From: Octopus bimaculoides
Taxonomy: Eukaryota
Direction: 5' to 3'
Assembly (NCBI RefSeq): GCF_001194135.2
Contig: NC_068982.1
Location: forward strand, 158,404,307-158,460,748
DNA length: 56,442 nt
Shown: piece by piece, positions 25,671 to 38,700 of the stretch
Layout: each line of letters starts with the position of its first letter
Position numbering within the stretch: position 1 is the first letter of the stretch
Made by a program: the position numbers and the translations under genes
The notes under the pieces: generated by a model
The model's database searches: none
What the model was told of the DNA's origin: nothing
Seen by the model: only the letters and a program-made list of their open reading frames with translations

Positions 25671-27087
25671 TGTTTAACAAAAGAGAAAATGCAAACATTC
25701 TTTCTATTTTGTTTTTCTCTCTCACAACATATGAATGAGAAAGGAAGGGGTGAAATCTAACGTTTTTTTTTCTGAGAGAGTGATAGGGAACGTGAGGATT
25801 ATGTGTGCGTATATCTCATAAATAGCATACGTGTGTTTGTGTTGATTCACATGCCATGACAGTCCTTGTATGAGTGTGTATACTGTATGCGTGTATATGT
25901 GTTGATGTCAGGGAGGCCCTGTCATTTTTTCGTCCCAAAATAAGCAAAAATTGTGGTTAATCGTTTTCATTAATAAACAGAGGTCCAAATTTCACAAAAC
26001 CTCGTAGTGCACTGCATAAAGTAAGTATGAAAGTAAATATGTAAAAAGAATTAAGACCAAATCTACTGTTTCTGAGATATTTGGGGAACATAAAACTGTG
26101 AAATAATTCTGGAGTATTAGTATTATTAAAATATATATGTACATGTATAAGTATATATATATATATATATATATATATNNNNNNNNNNNNNNNNNNNNNN
26201 NNNNNNNNNNNNNNNNNNNNNNNNNNNNNNNNNNNNNNNNNNNNNNNNNNNNNNNNNNNNNNNNNNNNNNNNNNNNNNNNNNNNNNNNNNNNNNNNNNNN
26301 NNNNNNNNNNNNNNNNNNNNNNNNNNNNNNNNNNNNNNNNNNNNNNNNNNNNNNNNNNNNNNNNNNNNNNNNNNNNNNNNNNNNNNNNNNNNNNNNNNNN
26401 NNNNNNNNNNNNNNNNNNNNNNNNNNNNNNNNNNNNNNNNNNNNNNNNNNNNNNNNNNNNNNNNNNNNNNNNNNNNNNNNNNNNNNNNNNNNNNNNNNNN
26501 NNNNNNNNNNNNNNNNNNNNNNNNNNNNNNNNNNNNNNNNNNNNNNNNNNNNNNNNNNNNNNNNNNNNNNNNNNNNNNNNNNNNNNNNNNNNNNNNNNNN
26601 NNNNNNNNNNNNNNNNNNNNNNNNNNNNNNNNNNNNNNNNNNNNNNNNNNNNNNNNNNNNNNNNNNNNNNNNNNNNNNNNNNNNNNNNNNNNNNNNNNNN
26701 NNNNNNNNNNNNNNNNNNNNNNNNNNNNNNNNNNNNNNNNNNNNNNNNNNNNNNNNNNNNNNNNNNNNNNNNNNNNNNNNNNNNNNNNNNNNNNNNNNNN
26801 NNNNNNNNNNNNNNNNNNNNNNNNNNNNNNNNNNNNNNNNNNNNNNNNNNNNNNNNNNNNNNNNNNNNNNNNNNNNNNNNNNNNNNNNNNNNNNNNNNNN
26901 NNNNNNNNNNNNNNNNNNNNNNNNNNNNNNNNNNNNNNNNNNNNNNNNNNNNNNNNNNNNNNNNNNNNNNNNNNNNNNNNNNNNNNNNNNNNNNNNNNNN
27001 NNNNNNNNNNNNNNNNNNNNNNNNNNNNNNNNNNNNNNNNNNNNNNNNNNNNNNNNNNNNNNNNNNNNNNNNNNNNNNNNNNNNNNN

Positions 27088-27123
<36 letters not shown>

Positions 27124-27560
27124 TGGGAGATGGACAGACAGATAATAGAAAAATAAACGGACCACAGTAATCAACACGTTTCACCTTGTTGCAATGGACT
27201 AGCATTGAAATTTTGGAGAATAAATTTCTGAATGACCAGCATCCGAATGCTATAACATGACTTCTACTTTTGAAGACATTTTTAGTTATGGACCTGGACC
27301 TTGACGTTTAGAGCTAAGGAAGTTATAGTAATACAAACAATATCAAAAGGTATACTGTTGAAAGATGACCTTTTTACAATGTGTTTGTCGTGTAGTGGTG
27401 CAGTATGATCGTAGAGTAAATAGGGCAACAACTTAACTTTAAATTAAAATTAAAAAAAAAACGGTCATTAATAGAACCAAGTGTGTACTTATATATCACT
27501 GCGCATTGTACAATTTTTATAAAACATCTTTTTAAATCGGATATTGTATGTTAGCATAGT

Positions 27561-27926
27561 GGAGGCGCAATGGCCCAGTGATTAGGGCAGCGGACTTGCG
27601 ATTATAGGATCGCAGTTTCGATTCCCAGACCGGGCGTTGTGAGTGCTTATTGAGCGAAAACACCTAAAGCGCCACGAGGCTTCGGAAGGGGACGGTGGCA
27701 AACCCTGCTGTACTCTTCCACCACAACTTTCTCTCACTCTTACTTCCTGTTTCTGTTGTGCCTGTAATTCAAAGGGTCAGCCTTGTCACACTGTGTCACG
27801 CTGAATTTCCCCGAGAACTACGTTAAGGCTACACGTGTCAGTGACGTTAATTTCACGAACAGGCTGTTCCGTTGATCGAATCAACTGGAACCCTCGACGT
27901 CGAATGCGATGGTGTGCCAATACACA
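27561..27926 (+). mobile_element. tRNA-derived SINE, family C
   Basis: tRNA-like head GGAGGCGCAATGGCCCAGTGATTAGGGCAGCGGAC...GTTTCGATTCCCAGACC (A box TGGCCCAGTG, B box GTTTCGATTCC), followed by a ~290-bp non-tRNA body. Confidence 0.8.
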
Positions 27927-28842
27927 AAGCATGTTACCATGAGCAAACATTCGATGTTATACTGAACTGGTACCAGAAGAAATTAAATAAATACTTTATG
28001 GGAAGGAGAAAGCACCAAAGCGTTGATTTCGAGACAGGAAATGCTTCAAAGGGAACAGCTAGCAAGTGATGGGATTGGAAGCTGAGTAACTTGGAAATAC
28101 CTTAATTCACCGAGAACAGGTTTTAACAGTTCGAAGGTTTCACTCAATAAATGGAGAGGTGGCTTCTCCTAATATACCAAGTATAGCTGAAGACAGTCAT
28201 AAACTATGGAGCCCCTGTTGAGATGCCGTCAAATACCATCAAATATAGGAACCATACATTCCTGCTCACATTCCAATGTCAATTATAATGCTCAGGAATA
28301 TATTCAGCTGTGGATGATCAACATGTAAATGGTAGAAGTCTATTCAATATGATTGAAGTTATATTTCTCGTAGATTTTTAAATCAACGAAGACGGGATAT
28401 TATCTCACGTAAAATATTACATAAAAATTTACTTGAATTTAGAGAAATTTAAAACGGGTACTACGGATGCCTAGCGAAATAACAAACGAATCATCCCAAA
28501 TCGCATAAGAAAATGAACAACGAGAATCATATGTAATATTGTGCTTATTGGAGAATGTTTAAATGTTCATTTGCCGCAGTGAAATGTGTTTGATATTGTA
28601 GATGAATTTTCAAAAGTAAATAAATGAAAAGTACACTTAAATTTGAAATACATATATGACATTTAAAAAACATTATTCGCAAAAGAAGTCTTTACCAGTA
28701 TTAAATGTCATCATTTTGTCCCTCATGAATCGAATATATATAACTATTAAAATGTGTAAGTCATTTTAATACGTAATCAAATGTTATTTTGTCTACGTTA
28801 TTAAATGAAATAGGTGGAAATGCATAAAAATGTAATAATTAC

Positions 28843-28995
28843 CCTCCTCATATAGTTTATAAGACTTGTGCCATACTTCCATGTATTTGAATGGGCGCAG
28901 TTCAGTTCACTGGTATCCACATCTTGAGCTTTAGCTAATTCCTGTAGCGCTGCGGCAAACAGGAGGACAGCATCGTACATCAACGCGGTTTCTGT
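28843..28995 (-). CDS. GRIK2-like: Next coding exon (153 nt, phase 0/0) of the kainate-type ionotropic glutamate receptor, end of the amino-terminal domain
   Basis: Minus strand reads tttgttttAG|ACAGAAACC...AGGAGG|GTaatt. Translation: TETALMYDAVLLFAAALQELAKAQDVDTSELNCAHSNTWKYGTSLINYMRR. This matches the GluK motifs 'TDAALMYDAV' and 'LQC..H.PWRFG...', with the conserved Cys. Confidence 0.92.
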
Positions 28996-29376
28996 CTAAA
29001 ACAAACGAAACATTGTCAGAAAGATCTGTTAAATTTTTGTAGACAAAGTATAGGTAAAATAAATGCAAAACTTTCAAAGTCATCAGTTAAGATTCAATAA
29101 AAAGAAATTACGTAAATGACAGATATCTTGCGAATATGATATACATTGATCAATATTTAATCCCAATGAGGCTGCACAATGCAGTTTATCAATAACATTA
29201 ACATTATTCTATGCTCCATAAATGCAAAGCCTGTGTCGCAAAGATATGGAAAGTATGCTTAAAAATATATTGTAAAATGTAATGAAAGTCATATATTTTA
29301 GTAGTGATTACGAAAATTCATTTGCTTTTTGTCCGCTCAACGTCACTTATACTGAAAGAATGCTTTTAAGACATGT

Positions 29377-29433
29377 TCCGTCCGTCCGTCCGCCCGTCCG
29401 TCCGTCCGTCCGCCCGTCCGTCCGTCCGTCCGT
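29377..29433. repeat. (CCGT)n tetranucleotide repeat
   Basis: About 14 CCGT/CCGC units. Confidence 0.95.
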
Positions 29434-31022
29434 CTCTCTCTCTCTCCCTTTCCTTACACACACACACATATATATTTCTGCCCTGCATTGAAATTTGTTT
29501 TTCTTTTGAGAATGATTCAACCCGAATACTTAGTTTTTAAAGCCTGCTACTTATTCTACCAGTATCTTTTGTCGTACCAAGAAGTTGGGGGTTGTAAACA
29601 CACCAACACCGGTTGCTAAGCTGTCGTTGGGGACAAACAGACAAAACGGCACACAGACATATCTTGCTAAAATGGGCGTTATGTCCGTATGTCTGTCTGT
29701 CTGTCCGTCTCTTTGTTCCCTCTTCGCGACCAGACTGCTGGACCAATAGTTACGATACTTTTCTGGATTACAAAGACGGTTGCCAGGAAGGTTTATCGCA
29801 TTAAAAAATTTAAAAAAGTATGATTATTTCGAGGATATCGATTTTTGAATTGATAAACCACCTTCGCGTTTTTGTTAAAAATTCACCGACCACGAGTAAC
29901 TCTGGATTTTCATCAAATATGAAGGGGGTCACGAGGATGGTTAACAGCGAAAATAAAATGTAAAAAGTGTGTGTCAGTTTATAGTGTGTGTGGTTACTTA
30001 ATGATTATTGAAGTGTGTCAGTTTCGCGCAGCATTTGAGACGGCTAATCGAAGCGGCTGTTGTTTACATCTCAGTTTTGTCAATCAAAGTAGAATATTTC
30101 ATGTCTATTCCATGGTACCAGAACATCCAAACATTATTCGCATAAAACAGTGAGACATAAGTCTTAGTTAGATTTGATGCAGCCCTAAAGATTCCATTAG
30201 CGCATTCACAGCAAACAAGGCTTTAGATTGTGTACGTGTATATTTACCTACTCAGAGGTTTACACACATACTTTAGATCGTGTCGGTGTATGTTTATACA
30301 CAGCCAGTTATACGTCGCTATGAGTAGAGCAGCGAACTCCAGTAATCTGAAAATTTGTGTCAACCAAACAGATAATATCGTCTACAAAGAAGGTTTGTAA
30401 TCATATTGATATTATCGAAAAGGAATATGATTCATAATATAAATAAGGAAATTTGAGAATTTTGAATGTATAAGAGTATAAACAAGCGTAAAATAGTGTA
30501 AACAACTAAAAGAGAGGTATATCTGAATAACATTTTTTTGTGTAGTGGTCGAAGGAAGCTCTAGCTTTCGTTAGGAGTGGTCTATATATATAACTATTCA
30601 TGATGCAGAGGTTGGGAGCTTATTTCAGTGCAGGAGAGAATCGTCATCACATGTCACTTAGACGCAAATACATGCCATATGGCTGCAATAGAATCTATCA
30701 TGTCCATTGACACATTTCTCAATACATACTGCTGTTATAACTTCTCTCCCTCATTTTATGCTTCCATCGTAGATGGGTAGATTTGCTAGTGGTTCAAATG
30801 TGCCGAAAACAAAAGGAAGAGGCAGGTGAGGGAACGAAATGAGGGTGTATTAGTTTGATGTCTTTGCCGTTTCGAGCGTACACTCCGACAGAAAGGGATC
30901 AGTTGTATATACATACATACATACAGACATATATATATATATATATATATAGATATATATATATAGAGAGAGAGAGAGAGAAAAGAGAGATATAGAAATT
31001 GAAGATACACACACACACACAC

Positions 31023-31057
<35 letters not shown>

Positions 31058-31754
31058 NNNNNNNNNNNNNNNNNNNNNNNNNNNNNNNNNNNNNNNNNNN
31101 NNNNNNNNNNNNNNNNNNNNNNNNNNNNNNNNNNNNNNNNNNNNNNNNNNNNNNNNNNNNNNNNNNNNNNNNNNNNNNNNNNNNNNNNNNNNNNNNNNNN
31201 NNNNNNNNNNNNNNNNNNNNNNNNNNNNNNNNNNNNNNNNNNNNNNNNNNNNNNNNNNNNNNNNNNNNNNNNNNNNNNNNNNNNNNNNNNNNNNNNNNNN
31301 NNNNNNNNNNNNNNNNNNNNNNNNNNNNNNNNNNNNNNNNNNNNNNNNNNNNNNNNNNNNNNNNNNNNNNNNNNNNNNNNNNNNNNNNNNNNNNNNNNNN
31401 NNNNNNNNNNNNNNNNNNNNNNNNNNNNNNNNNNNNNNNNNNNNNNNNNNNNNNNNNNNNNNNNNNNNNNNATATACATATATATGTACATATGTTCATA
31501 TACTTATATATGCGTATACACACATATATCGCAGATATTATAGATACACACATACATTCACACACATCAATCCATCCATCTTTTACGCACACACATACGC
31601 ACACACACACGCGCACATACACACACACACACACGCACACACACACACATAACAGAAATCGCTCCGAGAAGCCGATTCAAATCGAACTTAACCAGATTGA
31701 AGTGGCATTTTAATTAATAGACATTTTGAAAAGCTCCAATGTGTTTTCTCTTCA

Positions 31755-32100
31755 AATATTGTTCAACAACACCACCAGCAAGAACAACAACCACCACCAC
31801 AACAACAACAATCAGAGCAACAACGATGACCACTTCAGCAAAAACAACCATCACAGCAGGAACAACTGACCCAGCCTCAACCTTTAACTCTCCTTACTTG
31901 AACCACAATTGTGACCTACTTGTTGAAACGGTTGACTTCTCAGATTCCAGCTGTTTACAACCCATTCAACCATTGTTTGTTACCCACCCCTCAAATCTTC
32001 AACAGCAGCAACAATTACAACAACAAAAAACACAACAACAGCATCAACAATTACACCAACAACAACCACCTCAAAAACAGCAACTGACACAGCTTCAACC
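31755..32100. repeat. CAA/CAC-rich low-complexity region
   Basis: Interrupted (CAA)n/(CAG)n/(CAC)n runs. Confidence 0.8.
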
Positions 32101-32639
32101 TACTACCATCCCAATTTTTGATCAACCAACTAAATGCTTACTTCAAGACCCCTTAATGAATTTGCCAAACACAAATGTAGAAAAATGAAAATCTATACCT
32201 CTCACAGCCTACACACGAAACCCCAAAATATGTCGCTATTCAATACCGCAAGATGTTGTGCGCTGACACTGATTGCAAATTCTCTCATTTACCAGGGACT
32301 AGATGCTCAATTCCTACTCACAACAGCCGCTACCACCAAAGTACACAATCTAAAACAACGCCACCACCACTAAATACTAGACCAATTTTTTTAAAAAAGC
32401 ACTCATGTTACGCTAATCATTAAAATCTGTCGCTATTTCCAATGTGACAGATTATGTCTACAGCGTAATTATCCCTTTATCTATCTTCTGGGGACTTGTC
32501 ACACAACTAGAAATATAAACTGGACCCCTAACCAATACAAAACTCACAACCGCAAACATTTTAATTTTCCCTAACAGAACTCTTTTTTATCCATAATGAA
32601 TCTGGCAAATATTCTAGCCATCACACAATGCCACATTCA

Positions 32640-33265
32640 GCAACTCTGAGTGTGAAAGAATGTTTCCGAAAGTTATGGGAGCTGTGCTGTCTTTTGACTT
32701 GGTAGGCAAGCCCACGACATGAAATTCAAAGAGGTGCTCAAGGTGGTTTTTGGCATGATAGTTAATAATTTTCTGGATGTTTACCAAGTTATTTTCCAGA
32801 CGTCAGAGCTTCAATGTTTCCAGGCGCTCAGAGTTTGGTGGATGCTTGATGGAGGTTATTTGCTTGGTAGCACGTCTCCGAATAGTTTCCAGGAGCTCAA
32901 TGTTCTGAGCAAGACAAGGGTACCAGACTGGTGATGCAAATACCAAGTGTGGCCGCACCATAGCCATATACAGCTCTGAATAGATAACTGGAGAGAGGCC
33001 GACAAAGGTCTTGTTGAGTGATGCCCTGACACACACCCTCGGCTTTCTTGACAATTTTAGAGTTGTGCTATGTCCAGAGCAAATCGCAGCTGACAGTAAT
33101 TGACCAGGTCACGTTCACAAGAAGATTTCATTATATTAGTGCTGTCGAGGGAATATGTGGATACTGGGTTTTTCCTCCCAAAATGCATGGTGGTACACTT
33201 GTCCATAGCCAGCTTGAGTTGCCAGTCCGTGATCCATTGCTTCATTGTGTCCGATTGCAGAAAAA
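32640..33265 (-). mobile_element. Decayed CR1/L2-type LINE ORF2 3' fragment
   Basis: Encodes 'QWITDWQLKLAMDKCTTMHFG', 'LYMAMVRPHLVFASPVWYP...LLETIRRRATKQI...ERLETLKL' and 'FRKHSFTLRV' in shifting frames. Confidence 0.85.
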
Positions 33266-33369
33266 ATTTTAATCGAATGTTGTTTGTTTATGACGCCAAA
33301 GTAAAAAAATATGTCTGAATATAGGAGAATTAAGAAAAAACATATTTATTCTTTGCTCTCATATCGGCT

Positions 33370-33510
33370 TTAAATTTTGGCTCCAGGCCTGCAATTTCGG
33401 GGAAAGTATAAGACAATGAAAATTAGCGCGTGTTCACCTGGAACTTCTTTAATCGACTCTGAAATGATGAAAGGCAGATTCTTCCACGGTAGAATTTGGT
33501 TCATTACTCT
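33370..33510 (-). mobile_element. SINE family A fragment (inverted, diverged)
   Basis: aattttggctccaggcctgcaatttcgggg...aatcgactctgaaatgatgaaaggc...gaatttg matches the family A reverse complement. Confidence 0.5.
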
Positions 33511-33677
33511 AATATTGGCACCAGGTTCAGGGTGCCTAAAAAGAAATACTTTCAGTCCCATGACCAGTGTTTCAGCATTAATTACATTATAGTATTTATT
33601 TTACTCGTAGCTATTGAGACTGTGATCTTCCAAGTAAATAAGTATTGTCAAGATAGTAATATTTTTCACAGTAAGAA

Positions 33678-33721
33678 CTAGTGCTCACCTTGAGGGTGCG
33701 CTGCAAATAGCGCACCCTCAA
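33678..33721 (-). mobile_element. Helitron-type 3' terminus
   Basis: Minus strand: perfect 13-bp stem TTGAGGGTGCGCT-ATTTGC-AGCGCACCCTCAA, 8-nt spacer, then CTAG|T. Confidence 0.55.
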
Positions 33722-34571
33722 AATTGCTATCTTTATGCCAAAATTAAAAAAAAACATAAAAAACAGAATTATAAATCTAATCACTTTTAAATAGTGAGTG
33801 AATTCACTGTCCGAAACATTGTTTTCCTGCGCATAATTTCCTTAGAACTCATAACGCACCAACGTGTTGAAACGTTAAGGTATTGACAAACGTAGAGTAA
33901 ATAAAGTAACTCCACTCAAGAGTGAATAAAGCTATTTATTAAAATCGGATTTTCAGCAAATAGAACATGTCTTCTGTTGTTGTGGGCGACACGTTGATCC
34001 GAGATACGTGATAAATTCGACCAGTTAAAATGCCCGGTGAGTCCATTGTAAAGCAGATTCCTTTCGCTACTTATCTGCTTAGCGAATTGGATTTTAGCTT
34101 AAAGTATTTTGCTCAAGACTGTTAAATGCGCTTCTAATGTCCAAGATGCCCATTTCAAAGTAATAGTTACAGTTTGGATACCTTTATAAAATGATACACA
34201 GTTAATTTGCCTTTTCTCTAATGATAAGTAGCGGTTTAAATGTCGCTGCTCTTATGGTGTAAATCATGCAGTCAAGTGTGTTAAGGAAAATTTTGAACAA
34301 TACAGATTTCGTAATGTTTGGTTGTCTTCTAGTACCATATAGTATCACAAATACTTTTGGTACAGCACTCACATTCCCCACAATAACTCTATAACCACGA
34401 CACAAACCAAAATTTCTGACACCGTTGTTATATACAACTGAATTTTAAATGATTGCTGTCAAAGTCAGTTTAAAATATCAAATTGGAACATTTTGAAGCA
34501 GAACAGATTTTAACCCCATACATTCAGTTTATGACTAGGGACGTTTATTTATCAATAATTATTGCGTATTT

Positions 34572-34797
34572 AAGGCAGCGAGCTGGGTAGAAATATTAAT
34601 ACGCCGGGCTTAATGCCTACCGGTATTTCGTCTGTCGTGACGTTCTGTGTTCAAATTCCGCCGAAGACGACTTTGCCTTTCAGCATTTCGGTGTCGACAA
34701 AATAAGTACCAGTTGCCTACTTGGATCGATCTAATCGACTTCTTCCTCCCCAAAAAATTTCGGGCCTTGTGCCTAGAGCAGAAAATAATGATTATTG
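34572..34797 (+). mobile_element. SINE family A
   Basis: Aligns with 5025-5254. Confidence 0.75.
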
Positions 34798-36052
34798 CGT
34801 ATTTAAAACTATTCTGTTCTTTTATCGTTTTCATTTTTTCTGTCAGAAGTCGGTACCGAGGTGATTCGTGTTCTTTTTAAAATAACTTAGATTTTTTTTC
34901 TTTTTGCTAACTTTTTTGTACCCTATCAGTAAAATCTAAGACACAAGAACAGAAAAGAGCTTAACCGCTCTCTATTACAACTTAGTGATACATCCATATT
35001 TAGGAACGAATTTGATGGCATCATTCGCAGGTAATCATGTATAGTTTAAGTCTTTTTGAAATATTGGTAACAACTAGAATATATGCAAATGCATGGTTCG
35101 TCACATATTGAAACTGCTACAGATAAAGCTTGAAAATAGTGTCATTCATGTCAGTCAGTGTTATTTGACTTCAATTAAAATATAAGTATTATATTGCTCA
35201 CTTAAATAGATCAGAATTACAATGTGAGATTTCGTTTATTAGTAGAATTTTAAATTCTCTCGCGTCTATTGGAAAATTATTATACCTTTGTTGATGTTTT
35301 CTCTATACATATTCAACCTATCACGTTGTTCCTTTGGAAGAACTTAAATTTACAGACATCATTCCTTATGTTAACACTTGTATTTTAATGATTTTATGGA
35401 GATCAAATATAGCACTTACTGGAGAATTAATTCCATGATCTCCTCAGTTAATGTACCTACAGGCTACAGGAATTTGTGCTTATGTAGTTAAGATATAAGG
35501 ACAAACATGTCATCTAGAAGTTTTACGTCCGCTGTATTTTTTGAAAGTGAAACACCATATCTTTACAGATTTGCTGTTCATGTGGCAAATGTTATGAGAA
35601 TTCAAGTTTCTAGTAACAATGATATTATGTGAAACGACTGAATGAATAAGCAGTTTGAAACGAATAAGATCTCCAACATGTGTTAGGTAATCTTTTTGCC
35701 ATCTATACGGACATTCTTGATAAATGTCCATCGGCCGGCAAGAGCGTAAATATAAATGTTTTTATATTTGTTACTTTTTAATATTAAAGATTTATTGAGA
35801 TGCAGCATGAAATTCACATTTTGGAATTTGGGGAATTATTACTGTCTGTTGCAACATTTTAAGTGACCAATTTATTGCAAACATTCATCCACAAAAAGAT
35901 ATTTCAGCGAAAACGAACATGTCAGAGTTCATATGAAATATAGAACTTTTAGAGACTCGCTCGAAATACCGTCTCGAAGTTTAGACAAAAGATAATTCAT
36001 TCCAACAAAATTTATTTGGTGATTTGATTTTGTGAAACCAAAAATCTATTAA

Positions 36053-36269
36053 CCCTTTTGATATGCATCCGTCTGAAACAGCCTCTGGTTCTGTGATACT
36101 AACTTCGCGCTTTAGAATGATCTAAATTAAAACCATATATTAACATTTCATGATGATTTATGTGTCAAACACCAGCTAAATAACGAGAAAGATATTTTCC
36201 TTAATTTATCATAAATTTCGAAATTAATTCGAACAAACTTCAGCACAAATATGGTAAATAAGTGTTGAA
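36053..36269. mobile_element. Degenerate piggyBac-like MITE
   Basis: Left end TTAA|CCCTTTTGATA. The right end (aaatatggtaaataagtgttgaa) only loosely complements it. Confidence 0.3.
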
Positions 36270-36579
36270 CAAGAGATAAACTATAGTATCGAGTGTCTCA
36301 TTAACGATTCGAATCCTCCAATCAGGGTGTATATATAAGGATATATATATATATTTATACAACCTTTGTAAATTTTACTCTCCTTGTTTTTTTCCTGGAC
36401 TTTCCTTTCGTACCCGACGGAGGATTATGTTCGAAACATTGTATTTCCTTCTCTGAGCAACAGCCTACGTAACAATATTAACTGTAAAGCTCACTTGGAG
36501 CTTTGTTGCTTTTCTTATTTTTGATTTTCTTATATTCATACATACATATATACATACATCCGTGTAGATAGATAGAGAT

Positions 36580-36624
<45 letters not shown>

Positions 36625-37639
36625 CAGTAAGATCCAAGGATCCGAATATTGAAAGTTTGTAAACTTCAAGCAGTTCATGGCAGGTATACAAACCTAAACT
36701 TGGATTGTGTACGTTCAAAACAATAAACATTTTACTGGCGTCGAATTTTACAAATTTTTCCACATCGAAGTTACGAAGAAATTCGGCAAGCTGAAAATTT
36801 CTGTATAGATCACGGTTAGCATCTGGAGTTGCTAAGAATTCGAATAAAAATCAAAATTGAGGGGGTGGAGCAGGTAATATCGAGGCTACATATGTTTTCT
36901 AGTTAACTGATACATTGATGTAATAGATATATAACCAGGGGTACTCAGCTAGTTATTCATCAAGGAAAGGATATTTTAATAATATGAAGGTTACATGAAA
37001 TGACATTTCAAATTACATCTCCGGTGAATTAACCTTCATATGATTAAGGTACCATCTACCCGATAAGTAAATAATAGAGTAGGTACCCCACGTTGAGTAA
37101 TTATAAACTCAGAGGATCTGCTTCCTAGGAAACATACGTAGCCTGGAGTTTACATGATTCACGCCCGTGGGTGTATATATATATATATATTACTTACATA
37201 CACACTAGTATACTTATGTATGAAGCATTTGGAAGTTTTTTCCTTTAACAAACATTTCTGATAAATATTTAGCATAATTGATGTTTGTCACCTGATTCTA
37301 AACTGGAAATAAGCGTTGAAACATATTTCATAAGCAACAAATGGTCCTTCGAAATCAAGTACTGATATCGTCAATAGATTAACCATCAGATTTCTTAAAG
37401 CAAACATAAAGTGAGCGACTGGCGACAGTATAATGTTGGCCAATTAAATGCCACGAAGGCAGTTGTAAAGTCTTTCATAATTCATAATTATTAACCATCA
37501 TCTTACTTTGAACAAAACAGCAAATTGATTAACGCCGGTAAAAAATAATCAACTAAAATCCCGAAATGTGAGACATAACCTTCTAAAAGATACATATTAT
37601 GTAGTAATAACCAAAGGAGCTACTTGCAAGGAAACGTAA

Positions 37640-38700
37640 ATAATGTGTGGTGTCCTACAATATTTGGGGGTTACTGCCATTCATAAGTGGCCCTCTCAGA
37701 CATGCCTTCAGCTTCGTAGAAAGTCACCCTTCCTAGCTATGCAGATGATACAAAGGTATCCCAGAGTTTACAGAACGTCAGAGATGTCGGGCACATGCAA
37801 CAGGGGTTCGATGTAATATACAGGTGGGCTGAGAATAATAACTTACAGTGTAGTGCTGAAAAATTCCAAGCCCTGCGCTACCGGCTCACGAGGCTAAATG
37901 AAACGTAGACAGAGTACACTGGCCCAGGGAGGTTTTCGATCTTAGAATCAAAACCAGTGCACAACCTGGACAGTGACATGAGTAACGGTACATCTTTCCA
38001 GGTGAATATGACTGAGTTGGCAATAAAACGAACAGCTGGTCGGATGGATTTTTAGAACTGTCAGAACGGGAGAACAGGAAACCATGAAGGTCCCCTGGTG
38101 GACATATGCCATCAGCCATTTAAACTACTGCTCCCAACTATGGTCACCTTATAGGGTAACATTAAGGCAGAAATCGAAGCAATTTAGTGAATCTACACAA
38201 AGAAGGTCATCACAGTGGAACATGTCAGCAACTGAGAGAGATTGAAAAAGTTAAAACTCTACTCCCCAGAACTAAGGCGTGAAAGATATGCAATGAGATA
38301 CATCTGGACGATCTTGGAATGGCTTATACCAAATTTTGGCATTGAAAGTTACGCAATCAGCAGAACTGGGCACTACTGCATAGTGTCCAACATTGCCAGC
38401 AGAATACAGGGTAAGATTCTGCAGCAGATTGAGTTCCAAGTGCCCACAGCTCTTCAATACCACCCCGAAAAGCCTGAGAAGCCGACATCAAGTTGATGCA
38501 GATATCATCAAAGCAAATCTGGATCTCCTCATGTTAAGAGTTTCAAATGAATTTATCTTGCAGCAAGAAAAACAGATGAAAGCAACAACATCAGACTCGC
38601 TAATTCACCGAATGCCACATATCAAGTAGTGCAAGTTTAGCAAAGATAACGGTGGCGCCCCAGAATAACTGCAGCTCACGGACTGAAACCAGTAAATGAG
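37640..38700 (+). mobile_element. 5'-truncated, decayed CR1-group (Jockey superfamily) LINE: RT domain and 3' end
   Basis: Encodes 'SYADDTKVSQ...IYRWAENNNLQCSAEKFQALRY' (catalytic YADD at ~37738), 'LNYCSQLWSP' and 'ERLKKLKLYSPELRRERYAMRYIWTILE'. Multiple stops and frameshifts. Confidence 0.85.

Noticed and set aside
27561-27632. tRNA-like sequence
   Set aside because: It is the head of a SINE (continues into a repeat body; no complete cloverleaf), not a tRNA gene.
28204-28240. Minus-strand 'MVFDGISTG' resembling the expected next receptor exon (xxFDGLTG)
   Set aside because: Stop codon three codons later, no good acceptor, and no downstream GxR/FxL motifs.
28570-28579. 10-nt intronic complement to the exon (TTTGCCGCAG), a possible editing-complementary sequence
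   Set aside because: Too short; expected by chance near a 153-nt exon and not extendable.
31739-32188. 149-aa Thr/Gln-rich ORF
   Set aside because: Produced by CAA/CAC low-complexity sequence next to a LINE relic; no splice or domain support.
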